NCBI GenBank assembly: GCA_965649115.1
Contig: CBFGJN010000031.1
Location: 1-21,791, forward strand
DNA length: 21,791 nucleotides
DNA from: a candidate division WOR-3 bacterium
GTDB taxonomy: Bacteria; Hydrothermota; Hydrothermia; LBFQ01; DSFT01
Direction: 5' to 3'
Shown in pieces: positions 8,749-17,578 of this stretch. How positions within the stretch are numbered: position 1 is the stretch's first letter; every line of letters begins with the position of its first letter. Under the pieces are notes generated by a model, which saw only the letters and a program-made list of their open reading frames with translations, was not told where the DNA came from and did not search any database. The translations under genes and the position numbers were made by a program.

Positions 8749-9675
8749 CTATCCTCCTTTTATATAAAATCCAAAGCTATAACCATATTGATAAATTTTA
8801 TTGGAATTGTATTGAATGGAAGACGAAGAACCATAATAATCACTTATGTTTTTAAGCTGAATAATTGAACCATCTGAAATATATAAAAATCTTCCCTTAA
8901 TAACGAGCTTTTTGAAATCAAAATAATTATCAACTATTCCTAAGGTTGAAATAATATCATAATAACTATTTTCTAAATCAAATTTTTCATCATAAAAACT
9001 TGGACTTAACAAATAAATTTTATTTGACTTATTTTTAATATATTTTGAAAGTTCAATTTCTTCCTTAAATTCAATAAATTCTACAATTCCTCTTGAAATA
9101 CCTTTTCCTGAAAAATATAAAATTTTCAAAACAGGTTCCAATTTGCTAATTAAGTTTTCATCAAAAAACAAAATGTAAAACTTTAAAAATGAATTTATAG
9201 AATAAGACTTTTCAATGAAAAATTTGCTTTCATCAGTTATAAATGTAATTCTATTTATACTCACATGAGGAAATACAACATTTGTAATAATTTCATCTAC
9301 AATTATATCTTTCGTTTTTTGAAATAAATCATTATTATCTTTAATTTTTCCTTCTAAAATTTCAATTAGTGTCTGTTTATCAATAAATTGAATTCTTTTG
9401 AATTTTTTATATTTTCTATATTCATCAGCATTATTAAATGTTATTGAACCTTCTAAATTAGGCTTTTTAAAAAATTCTACATCACCTTTTACAAATGTTG
9501 GAGATGATACGAGAAATTTAGGATTACTTTCAAAGTTTTCTAATAAACGTTCTAATTCTTCTTTTGAATAGAAAATTCTATAATACCAACAAATTGCTCC
9601 AAAAATTGTCCAAGAACTTGGAATTTCTTTAAATGCACTTCTAGGTTTATATAGAACTGAGTAAAGCTTTGACAT
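8749..9675 (-). CDS. csm4: Type III-A CRISPR RAMP protein Csm4 (Cas5 group)
   Basis: PSSWTIFGAICW, FLVSSP, VSINRIT, YLLS, YQYGY; lies between csm3 and csm5. The start could instead be 9678. Confidence 0.88.
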   Translation of the reverse strand: MSKLYSVLYKPRSAFKEIPSSWTIFGAICWYYRIFYSKEELERLLENFESNPKFLVSSPTFVKGDVEFFKKPNLEGSITFNNADEYRKYKKFKRIQFIDKQTLIEILEGKIKDNNDLFQKTKDIIVDEIITNVVFPHVSINRITFITDESKFFIEKSYSINSFLKFYILFFDENLISKLEPVLKILYFSGKGISRGIVEFIEFKEEIELSKYIKNKSNKIYLLSPSFYDEKFDLENSYYDIISTLGIVDNYFDFKKLVIKGRFLYISDGSIIQLKNISDYYGSSSSIQYNSNKIYQYGYSFGFYIKGG

Positions 9676-10429
9676 CATCAAATTCCCTTATGTTTTCTTC
9701 TTTTCCTTTTAAATAATAATCTATTTCCCTTTCTATCAATTTTAAATTTCTAAATTTTACCCTACCATATCCTCTTGAACCTGAACCACCAAGGTAATTA
9801 TCTTCCAACAATTTTAAACCTGTTAATATCGTTGATTTAAATCTTTTAGGAAAATCATCATCCTCATAAACAAAATAAACAATTCTTCCCTCAAATTCCG
9901 AACCTGCTGGAATTCTTTCAAATTTTCTTGGTTCGGCTTTTGATGTTATTCTATCAATTCTATTTTCTGTTTTTATTTCGGTAAGGTTTTCTCTTAAATT
10001 ATTATAACTTTTTTCAGTTAAGTACATGTCATAAAAAATTGCTCTTGGAGGTCCTGGAAGTTCATTAACAGGTAAATTTTCAATTGTTTTTGAGGACCCT
10101 GTTCCAAATACAATACAAACATCACACTTACCACAATCACAAGGTTTTCCCGCCTTATTTTGATTCTTCATTGCCTCAACTCTACCAAGAGCCCATTCCA
10201 ATAAGCTTCTTAATTTCCCTTTAAGAGAAGAACCCGGAATATATGGTGTATCTTTCGAGAGGTGTTTATCTTTTCCATAATAGTCATATATCGTTGAAGT
10301 AAGTTTTATGACAGGATTATCTAAACCACCTATTTCAAAAGTTTCTTTTGAACCTCCAATACGAAGTCCTGTTTTAAGATGAATAACAAAATCCAGAATA
10401 ACAACCTTCTTTAATCTAAAACTTTTCAT
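9647..10429 (-). CDS. csm3: Type III-A CRISPR backbone RNase Csm3 (Cas7 group)
   Basis: TGLRIGG, IGGLDNPVIK (catalytic Asp retained), YIPGSSLKGKLRSLLE, CDCGKCDVC, KTENRIDR, YLGGSGSRGYG; ATG 10429 follows GGAGGG. Confidence 0.96.
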   Translation of the reverse strand: MKSFRLKKVVILDFVIHLKTGLRIGGSKETFEIGGLDNPVIKLTSTIYDYYGKDKHLSKDTPYIPGSSLKGKLRSLLEWALGRVEAMKNQNKAGKPCDCGKCDVCIVFGTGSSKTIENLPVNELPGPPRAIFYDMYLTEKSYNNLRENLTEIKTENRIDRITSKAEPRKFERIPAGSEFEGRIVYFVYEDDDFPKRFKSTILTGLKLLEDNYLGGSGSRGYGRVKFRNLKLIEREIDYYLKGKEENIREFDDVKALLSSI

Positions 10430-10829
10430 ATTTACGCCCTCCTTTTTCAAAAGCTGTAAAATAAGCTACAAGAGCTATCATAAAATCTTTCAATTTTTCA
10501 AAATCTTCCTCATCTTCAACCTTATCTAAAATTATTTCTAATATATCTTTAAATTCAGGAGGAAGAAGCTGTCTTCCCATAGCATAGTAAATTTTAGGAT
10601 ATATTAAAACTTTCTTTTTTCTTGCTTGTTCTAAATTTCTTTCAGCTTCCTCACAAGCAGAAAGAATTTCGCTAAAAATTTTTCTCAATTGGGATATTGT
10701 AATTTTTTCTTTTCGACTAAAATAATCTGCTATCCTATAAGCAATGCCCTTATTTGGAGTAGCAAAATCTTCTTCTTTTAGCTCAGAAAGTTTCTTTATT
10801 TGTTTTAGTTTTTCCTTAACTTCGTTCAT
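10416..10829 (-). CDS. csm2: Type III-A CRISPR small subunit Csm2 (Cas11)
   Basis: ITISQLRKIFSEI, PKIYYAMGR, FMIALVAYF; alpha-helical; GGGAGG Shine-Dalgarno. Confidence 0.92.
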   Translation of the reverse strand: MNEVKEKLKQIKKLSELKEEDFATPNKGIAYRIADYFSRKEKITISQLRKIFSEILSACEEAERNLEQARKKKVLIYPKIYYAMGRQLLPPEFKDILEIILDKVEDEEDFEKLKDFMIALVAYFTAFEKGGRKYEKF

Positions 10830-12652
10830 TGCTTAACCTCCCTTGTTTTCATCAAAAGAAGTTCAAGGAAAATTTCAGAACTTTCTTTAATTTTCATACT
10901 TTGCTTATCAATAATTTTTGATTCAAAATCATTACGAATAAAATCATCACTTATATTTCTATATATTTGATAATAAAACATAGGAAAGAAAAGATATTTT
11001 CTTTCTAACATTATGTAAATTCTATGAATTAAACTTCTTGAAATTTTACCCTTATATTCTTCTGATTTATTTTTAGCATCATTATAAACTCTTTCAAGTT
11101 CATCAAATGAAATAAATTTACTAAATATAAAAACTTCTTTTCCTTCTTCTTTAACCCTATCCAAATTCTTACTTGTTATTTCAGCAGCAAACTTAATAGG
11201 ATAACTATAATCAAATAAGTTTATACTCGCAGAAATAGATAAATCATTTATTGTCCATTCCTTAAATTCCTTATTTATTTCAATTACAAGTTCAATTATT
11301 TTATCCCACCTTCCAACCAAAAATAAATCATCTCCTCCCGAATAAACAACATAAATGTTATCTTTATACTTTTCAAATACAAACCTTAAATACATAGAAA
11401 AGAATAAATCTATAAATCTACTTAATCTTGAAACTTCAAAGAAACTATCAATTTGAGAAAATTTAAAACCAAGTTTATTAACGTCAATTTTTAAGTACGC
11501 TAATTTCTTATAACCTTCACCTTCAACAAGCTCATTAAATGGTTTAATTTCTTGAATAAAATTTATAAATTTAAAACCATAATCAAATAAAGCTTCACTT
11601 AAAACATTCAAAATGTAAAAATTTTCTTCATTGGGAGGACTTTCTAAAATGTCAATATATCCAACATTTTTAAGTCCAATACCTCTATTGTTTGAAAAAA
11701 CTAAAAAATAACCTTTTAATAGTTTTTCACCAAGTTCTTCAAAATTTTTACACCAATCACAAAATTCATCATTATAATGTTTTGTTTCAATTCTACAAGA
11801 AGGACAAATATCATTACTTTTAATTTTTAAAGAAACACTATTTAGAATTTTATAAAACTTTCTAAATTTTTCCCTTTCAAGTTTTTGGAATAATTCTTGT
11901 GATTTTTGTTTATAGTTTTTAAAATCATCTAAAATTAGCTCAACATAAGCAAATGTTAAACCAAGACGACCGCTAAAACTTTCTAAAATTATTTTATTTA
12001 TTTCATTTAGTTTTTCAATAACCTTATCCAAAAATTTTATATTAAATAATAGTTGAAATTTACCACCTCCCACGTATATCGTATTAAAAATAGGATAATT
12101 TATTTTATCTAAAATTGACTTTGAAATCATTTCAGGTAATATACTCAAAAAGAAGCTTCTTCCTCTTAGTCTTTTGGCAAAACCTTCAACATTTGTTATA
12201 TTATAAATAAATTTTTGAATACCATTAATATCTCCTTCAAGTAAAATTGCTTTATCATTTAAGCTTAAAAATGAATTACTAATGGCTCCAAAAATCTTCA
12301 TATAATCAACAATGCTAAAAAATTTATAATAAGTAAAATAATAAACGTTTTTAAGTTTTTTGTTTATGTCAATTTCTTTTAGATATTTATCTACTTGTTC
12401 TTTGTATTCCTCAACATACTTCTTTTCAATTTTAAATTGACCTTTTATAGGTTTTAAATCGTTAAAATTTTTAAGTTCAGTTAATTTATATGTCCATTCA
12501 TTTGAAAATGGTGATTGAAAATTTGGATTTAAATCTAAGCAATTATAAATTTCCTCATATCTTTTTCTATCAAATTCATTTTCAAATTTTATACCTAAAA
12601 TTCTTTCAATTGAATATAAAAAGCCTTCTAAATATAACTTTTTATAATCCAT
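10826..12652 (-). CDS. cas10: Type III-A Cas10/Csm1 with degenerate HD domain and intact GGDD
   Basis: GDINGIQKFIY, LRGRSFFL, YVGGGKF, zinc finger CPSC...CDWC, LKIDVNKLG, VVYSGGDDLFLVG. Start moved to ATG 12652 (MDYKK, 608 aa) because the extension runs into the repeat. Confidence 0.95.
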   Translation of the reverse strand: MDYKKLYLEGFLYSIERILGIKFENEFDRKRYEEIYNCLDLNPNFQSPFSNEWTYKLTELKNFNDLKPIKGQFKIEKKYVEEYKEQVDKYLKEIDINKKLKNVYYFTYYKFFSIVDYMKIFGAISNSFLSLNDKAILLEGDINGIQKFIYNITNVEGFAKRLRGRSFFLSILPEMISKSILDKINYPIFNTIYVGGGKFQLLFNIKFLDKVIEKLNEINKIILESFSGRLGLTFAYVELILDDFKNYKQKSQELFQKLEREKFRKFYKILNSVSLKIKSNDICPSCRIETKHYNDEFCDWCKNFEELGEKLLKGYFLVFSNNRGIGLKNVGYIDILESPPNEENFYILNVLSEALFDYGFKFINFIQEIKPFNELVEGEGYKKLAYLKIDVNKLGFKFSQIDSFFEVSRLSRFIDLFFSMYLRFVFEKYKDNIYVVYSGGDDLFLVGRWDKIIELVIEINKEFKEWTINDLSISASINLFDYSYPIKFAAEITSKNLDRVKEEGKEVFIFSKFISFDELERVYNDAKNKSEEYKGKISRSLIHRIYIMLERKYLFFPMFYYQIYRNISDDFIRNDFESKIIDKQSMKIKESSEIFLELLLMKTREVKQ

Positions 12653-12700
12653 TTTTTGAAATTTTAAAGGATAAATTTTTAAGTTGCTTAAACTATTTAT

Positions 12701-12865
12701 TTTTGAGGGATTTAACGGAGGGCTTTGCCCCAAAGCCGAAATATGGGTATTTTAAAGCCGAGGGCTTAATTATAGGGTGGGGAAAATATAATTAATATAA
12801 AATATACAGTTTTAGAATTACTAGACAGGGCAATTTGTTTAATTTTTTGAACTTTAAAATTTTCA
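12701..12865 (+). repeat. Dispersed intergenic element, copy 2 (between cas10 and the divergent gene pair)
   Basis: GGGC-TTT-GCCC, AAGCC-GAG-GGCTT, AGGGTGGGG, AGAATTACTAGACA ending at 12827, TAAAAT 12855-12860; 12728-12792 is identical to 13906-13970. Confidence 0.9.
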
Positions 12866-12870
12866 TAATA

Positions 12871-13335
12871 GTGATTGCTATTATTTATCCAAAAAGTGAT
12901 AAATTAGCAAGAGAAATAGTAATAAAAACCAGTTTGGATTATGATAATGTTTATATAGCACCTACATATAGAATTAGCGAAGAGGAAGTTTTAAGAGAAT
13001 TAAAAAGAGCAAAATATGGAATTATGTTAATTTTTGACCCAAATGTCCGAATTGACCAAAGAACCAAAAAAAGGTATTACTTCTTAAAAGATATAGTTAA
13101 AAAAATGTTTGTTTTTATACCTGATAGTATTAAATTAGATGAAAGAAATAAGAATGTTGAAGTGATAAGATATAAAAGTAATGATTATAATGATTTGATT
13201 AGTAAGTTAGAATTTCTATTAAATGAGCTTAAAAATAAAAGGATTAGAAAAAAGCAAGATGAAAATTCAATTTTGCTCCTATTACTTATAGCATTTATAG
13301 TTGCACTTCTGATAACTTCCAAAAGTTCAAAATGA
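12871..13335 (+). CDS. Hypothetical protein: TIR-like/flavodoxin-fold domain with a C-terminal transmembrane helix
   Basis: Beta-alpha pattern IAIIY..SD..A..I / NVYIA / EVLRELKRAKYGIMLIF / KKMFVFIP; hydrophobic tail ILLLLLIAFIVALLI; GTG start 10 nt after TAAAAT. The fold assignment is tentative. Confidence 0.6.
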   Translation: MIAIIYPKSDKLAREIVIKTSLDYDNVYIAPTYRISEEEVLRELKRAKYGIMLIFDPNVRIDQRTKKRYYFLKDIVKKMFVFIPDSIKLDERNKNVEVIRYKSNDYNDLISKLEFLLNELKNKRIRKKQDENSILLLLLIAFIVALLITSKSSK

Positions 13336-13845
13336 ATGTTAAGAATAATTGTTTTAGATAGTAATATCATTATAGAATTTGAAAGGATTAAAAAAAAATT
13401 TGGAAATCGGAGTTTCAGAAAAACTTTTCGTATATTTATAGGAAGTTTTTGTAAAGGTGAATATATATTGATACCTTTAAAAGTTAAATATGAACTGAAA
13501 AGCAGTAAAATTCTTGAAGCTTTTAATAGTATCCTTGGAAATTCAATAGGATTTTCAATATGTGAAATTTCTAACATAGAAGAAATAAAAACACTTATAA
13601 AAAAATGCTTTAACGGCAATATGAGAAACATAGGAGAGGCAGACGCTATAAATCAAATTTTAAAATATATGAATATGAATAAAGAAAGTATATCAAAAAT
13701 GTTTGGTTTTAAGGATGTGGAATTTGTATTTGTTTCAAATGATAAAAAAGCCTTGGAAGTTGCAGGAAGTTTAAAAATTAAGATTATAAATTGGAAAGAC
13801 TTTAAAGAAACTTTAAATGAAATTTTATACATTGATTATCAATGA
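13336..13845 (+). CDS. PIN-domain (VapC-like) ribonuclease
   Basis: IVLDSNII, IPLKVKYEL, IGEADAI and FVSNDKKA give the PIN acidic residues; ATG directly follows the upstream TGA. Confidence 0.82.
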   Translation: MLRIIVLDSNIIIEFERIKKKFGNRSFRKTFRIFIGSFCKGEYILIPLKVKYELKSSKILEAFNSILGNSIGFSICEISNIEEIKTLIKKCFNGNMRNIGEADAINQILKYMNMNKESISKMFGFKDVEFVFVSNDKKALEVAGSLKIKIINWKDFKETLNEILYIDYQ

Positions 13846-14038
13846 CTTATGAAAATTTTAGTTGAAAATATAGATTTTACTGGGGGATTTATGGGGGGCT
13901 CTGCCCCCCAAAGCCGAAATATGGGTATTTTAAAGCCGAGGGCTTAATTATAGGGTGGGGAAAATATAATAAAATTATACAGTTTTAGAATTACTATACA
14001 ATCATTTTTATAAATTCTTTCATGCTTTAAAATTTTCA
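13825..14038 (+). repeat. Dispersed intergenic element, copy 3 (most complete)
   Basis: ATTGATTATCAATGACTTA, TGGGGGGC-TCT-GCCCCCCA (13892-13910), AAGCC-GAG-GGCTT, AGGGTGGGG, AGAATTACTATACA ending at 14000, TAAAAT 14028-14033. Confidence 0.9.
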
Positions 14039-14040
14039 TT

Positions 14041-14625
14041 ATGAACATAATTGAAACTTTGAGGGATATTGTTGATAATAAAAAAAGTGGTTTATTTAAA
14101 GCAGGAGAGTACATATTTCTTTTTAAAGAAGGAAAGCTTCTTGAAGTAGCAGGAAAAACGTCAAACAGGGAGGAAGCTCTAAATGATATTATTGAAAATG
14201 ATTATAAAAACTATGAATTTCAGGAGATAAGTGCATCTACTTTAATTTCCTTTCAAGAGCCTTTGGATATTTCTGATAAATTGATAAGGAAAAAAAGAGG
14301 TAGAGAAGTGAAAATTGATGAAAATATAAATAAAAAAATTCAAGATATTAAGCTTATGTTCCCAAGTTTAAGTAAAATTTTAGTAGGAAAAATAAAGGGA
14401 GAAATTCTCGCTTATTTAGGTCTTAGCGAAGATGAGATAGAGAATTTAGCAAACAATGTTGATTTAATATATGAAAAATTTTTTAATTTAAAAGAAATAA
14501 TTCTCAATTCAGAAAATTCTTCAACTTTAATTAAATTCATAGATGATAAGTACATATTATGTTCTTTGAATAGTTCTGAAAATATAGGAATTTTGAGAGT
14601 TATAATAAGTGAGGTGATAAAATGA
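14041..14625 (+). CDS. Hypothetical protein with DUF4388-like N-terminus and roadblock/LC7-like C-terminus
   Basis: [13 protein letters not shown]...IFLFKEGKL at the N-terminus; [12 protein letters not shown]...ENIGILRV at the C-terminus resembles roadblock domains. Domain calls are tentative. Confidence 0.55.
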   Translation: MNIIETLRDIVDNKKSGLFKAGEYIFLFKEGKLLEVAGKTSNREEALNDIIENDYKNYEFQEISASTLISFQEPLDISDKLIRKKRGREVKIDENINKKIQDIKLMFPSLSKILVGKIKGEILAYLGLSEDEIENLANNVDLIYEKFFNLKEIILNSENSSTLIKFIDDKYILCSLNSSENIGILRVIISEVIK

Positions 14626-14843
14626 GTGAAAAAAAAGATGTTATAAGAGTTGAAGGAACAATAACCGAAGTTTTACCAAATGCGCTTTTTAGAGTAAGGC
14701 TTGATAATGGAAAAGAAATTTTAGCTTATCTTTCAGGAAAAATGAGAATACATTATATTAGAATTGTTCCTGGGGATAGAGTAATTGTAGAATTACCTGT
14801 TTATGATTTAAGCAAGGGGAGAATTGTTTATAGGTATAAATGA
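14622..14843 (+). CDS. infA: Translation initiation factor IF-1
   Basis: [21 protein letters not shown]...[17 protein letters not shown]...[17 protein letters not shown] Shine-Dalgarno. Confidence 0.98.
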   Translation: MSEKKDVIRVEGTITEVLPNALFRVRLDNGKEILAYLSGKMRIHYIRIVPGDRVIVELPVYDLSKGRIVYRYK

Positions 14844-16321
14844 TTGTATTAGATACAATTTTCGTTTTTTCTAATGAAAACTTTTCTTATATCCTAAAAA
14901 ATGATATTAATTTTGAAAAAACGATAAACTATTTACCTGCTGTTTATCTTAAAAACAGGTTTCCATCTTCAATGAATTTAAATTATAGAGGATTATTATT
15001 CAATCAGATTGGAATATATATAAACAACTTTGAAATAAATGACCTACAAACGGGACACCATAATTTTAATATCCCTTTAAATAGCCTTGATATTCCTTAT
15101 GTAAAATTAAGAAATTTTCTTACCTTATCAACAATAAACTACTTGGAAAAACCAAAAATGAATTTTGAATTTGGTCAAAATAGAGAAAAGCTATTCAATC
15201 TAATTGAATTAAAGATAAAAAATTTATCATTAAGTTATTATAACAATTTTGAAATTGGTCATTATTATCAGATAACTTCATTTATTGGTAATTATGGATT
15301 TTTTGGATTTAGAAGAAATGATTTTGATGCAACGGGTTTCTTTTCACCTCAAACAATTTTACCATTTGCCTATGAAACTACAACAGTTTTTTTAGGAGTT
15401 ATTAACTATAAACAGATAGGTTTTTTATTAAGGGGTCATTATGATGTTTTTTTATACGATTATAAAAAGAATGATACCACGATTATAAAAAATTTGAAAA
15501 ATGAACACTTCTCTTTAAAATCACAAGTTAATTATACTCTAAATTACAAAAATTCTATTTTTGAATTTTCATACAAAAGGGACTTTTTAAGCAGTAATAT
15601 CGTTCAGAAATTTTTGAATAAGCAATTTACATTTAGAGACTTTTTTAAACTAAGTTTCCATACTTACTTAAAAAACTCTCATCTATCAATTGGATTTGAG
15701 TATTTATTAGATAATAAAGACTACTTAATAACACCGAACTTTGATATTAAATATAGAAATTTTCTTTTTTCAATCTCAACATTTTCAAGATTTCCAAACT
15801 TCTTAGAGCTTTACTATCAAGACCCTGCAAATGTTTCAAATCCAAATTTAAAGCCAGAATTCTATATAAGTCCAGAAATATCTTATCAAAATCAACTTTT
15901 TATAATCAAAGCCTTTTATAGATACAATTATAACCTAATAGATTGGGTATATAATAGTGATTCACTTAAATTTTATGCTCAAAATTTAAATCCAATAAAT
16001 TCTTTTGGTTTTGAATTATTTACAAAAGAGTTTTACAAAACACAATTAGGATTATCGTTTTTTAAATATATAATCGATGAAAATTTAAGTTTAAAATATC
16101 TTGATAAAACGCCACAATTTAAATTTTCAATTTTAAATAAATTTATTTCTTTAAATGTGCTTTATATTGAAAAATTAGATGAAAAATTAAGACCCATTTT
16201 TGACATTCATTTAAAATACAAATTTATTATTTTTGGTATTGATGATGTTTTTGAAAAAAACTATATAAACGATTGGCTTAAACCAAGTAGAAAAATTTAT
16301 TTCAAGTTTTTAAAAGAATAA
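14840..16321 (+). CDS. TonB-dependent receptor-like outer membrane protein (short)
   Basis: Plug-like [28 protein letters not shown]; barrel motif [10 protein letters not shown]...NPNLKPE; NLIDWV. Confidence 0.7.
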   Translation: MIVLDTIFVFSNENFSYILKNDINFEKTINYLPAVYLKNRFPSSMNLNYRGLLFNQIGIYINNFEINDLQTGHHNFNIPLNSLDIPYVKLRNFLTLSTINYLEKPKMNFEFGQNREKLFNLIELKIKNLSLSYYNNFEIGHYYQITSFIGNYGFFGFRRNDFDATGFFSPQTILPFAYETTTVFLGVINYKQIGFLLRGHYDVFLYDYKKNDTTIIKNLKNEHFSLKSQVNYTLNYKNSIFEFSYKRDFLSSNIVQKFLNKQFTFRDFFKLSFHTYLKNSHLSIGFEYLLDNKDYLITPNFDIKYRNFLFSISTFSRFPNFLELYYQDPANVSNPNLKPEFYISPEISYQNQLFIIKAFYRYNYNLIDWVYNSDSLKFYAQNLNPINSFGFELFTKEFYKTQLGLSFFKYIIDENLSLKYLDKTPQFKFSILNKFISLNVLYIEKLDEKLRPIFDIHLKYKFIIFGIDDVFEKNYINDWLKPSRKIYFKFLKE

Positions 16322-17072
16322 TAATCTCTCTTAAAATCTCACTTGCTATTACGCCACTCTTATAATGATCAGAAATAATTGGAGAAAATTCAACAATATC
16401 CGCACTTACTAATTTACCTTTCAGTAACTTTAAACATTCAATGAGTTCTCTAAAACTAATTCCGTTTGGTTCTGGATTACTAACAGATGGAAATATAGAT
16501 GGATCTAAAACATCTAAATCCACTGTTAAATAAAACTTATCGTGCTTTTTAACAATTTCTTTTAATGGATTTAAAACTTCAAAACGATAACAATTCTCAT
16601 TAATATATTCAAGATCCACAGCATAACTTCTATAACCGAGTGTATAAATTAAAAAACCTTCTTCCTCAAGTCTCCTAATAAATGTTGCATGATTGAATTT
16701 TGAATTTTCAAATATATCTCTTCTATCTAAATGAGCATCAATGTGAATAATAGCAAATTTTTCAAATTTTGATATTGTTTTAATAATCGGATATGTTATA
16801 AAATGATCACCTCCAATAAAAACAAATGGAAAACCATAATTTTTTATATACTTTTCAATAGTTTTTGAAATAAAATCTATTACTTCAAAAATGTTGAATT
16901 CCCAAGGAACATGAATATCGCCCAAATCATTATAAGGTTTATAACTGCTATTTTGGTAGATTGAATAATCTTCAATTGATTCAATAGCCCACCTAATATA
17001 AGATGGTCCAACTCTTGTTCCTTTTAAAAAATTTTCTTTTCCCTCATAACAAATTCCAAGAACATTAACCAT
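16302..17072 (-). CDS. speB: Agmatinase / arginase-family ureohydrolase
   Basis: GTRVGPSYIR, GGDHFIT, IDAHLD, VDLDVLDP, PEPNG, DIVEFSP. Confidence 0.88.
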   Translation of the reverse strand: MVNVLGICYEGKENFLKGTRVGPSYIRWAIESIEDYSIYQNSSYKPYNDLGDIHVPWEFNIFEVIDFISKTIEKYIKNYGFPFVFIGGDHFITYPIIKTISKFEKFAIIHIDAHLDRRDIFENSKFNHATFIRRLEEEGFLIYTLGYRSYAVDLEYINENCYRFEVLNPLKEIVKKHDKFYLTVDLDVLDPSIFPSVSNPEPNGISFRELIECLKLLKGKLVSADIVEFSPIISDHYKSGVIASEILREIIILLKT

Positions 17073-17377
17073 TACTTCAATAATAGAACCTCTGCTGGTG
17101 TCATTATAATGTTCTTTTCTTTTAATTCTTCTATTTCTTTTTCTGATAATTTCTTTATTCTACACTCACCCTCTTTCCAATCAATGATTCTATTTATTTC
17201 AACCCTTCCAAAACCCCATGAACTATCAATTTGATATATATTTCCATTTATCATGCTAACTCTAACTATACCGTTTCCATTAGGTTCAATGAATTCAAGC
17301 CTTCCTGTAAAATCTTCATCCACTGCTTTTCTTAAAATAGCTATAAACTCCCCCCTTATACTAAATTGCTTTGACAT
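17072..17377 (-). CDS. Small hypothetical protein, DUF4388-like
   Basis: GEFIAILRKAVDEDFTGRLEF...MINGNI...IIDWKEGE pattern; ATG 17377 preferred over TTG 17413. Confidence 0.6.
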   Translation of the reverse strand: MSKQFSIRGEFIAILRKAVDEDFTGRLEFIEPNGNGIVRVSMINGNIYQIDSSWGFGRVEINRIIDWKEGECRIKKLSEKEIEELKEKNIIMTPAEVLLLK

Positions 17378-17435
17378 AATAAATTTAGATAGCCTTAAAA
17401 TTTTAAAGGGCAAGGAAACAAATAAAGGCTAAGCT

Positions 17436-17578
17436 CTTTGGCGTCAGCCCCCTGCCAAAAAATGGGGGACGAAGTTTTAAGCCGAAGGCTCAATTTCAGG
17501 GTGGACTGGAAAAATATATATTTTTTAGAATTATTGGACACAGCAAATATACAAATTTTTTATGCTTTAAAATTTTCA
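17436..17578 (+). repeat. Dispersed intergenic element, copy 4 (diverged; upstream of fusA)
   Basis: GGCGTCAGCCCCC, AGCC-GAA-GGCT (17480-17490), CAGGGTGG, AGAATTATTGGACA ending at 17540, TAAAAT 17568-17573, TTTCA. Confidence 0.8.

Noticed and set aside
12822..12860. TAGACA...TAAAAT as an ordinary sigma70 -35/-10 pair
   Set aside because: Spacing is 27 nt rather than about 17; reported as a separate finding instead
12871..13335. Calling the divergent gene Cam1, Csx23 or a CARF protein
   Set aside because: The membrane helix is C-terminal and no CARF motif is recognisable; left as TIR-like hypothetical
13185..13631. Shadow ORFs (432-626, 3090-3281, 3442-3672, 7458-7664, 8116-8343, 13185-13631, 17920-18375, 18957-19181)
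   Set aside because: Each lies within a better-supported gene on another frame or strand and has no motifs
7860..14040. CRISPR array near the csm operon
   Set aside because: No regularly spaced 25-40 bp direct repeats were found; the repeats present are long, dispersed and separated by genes
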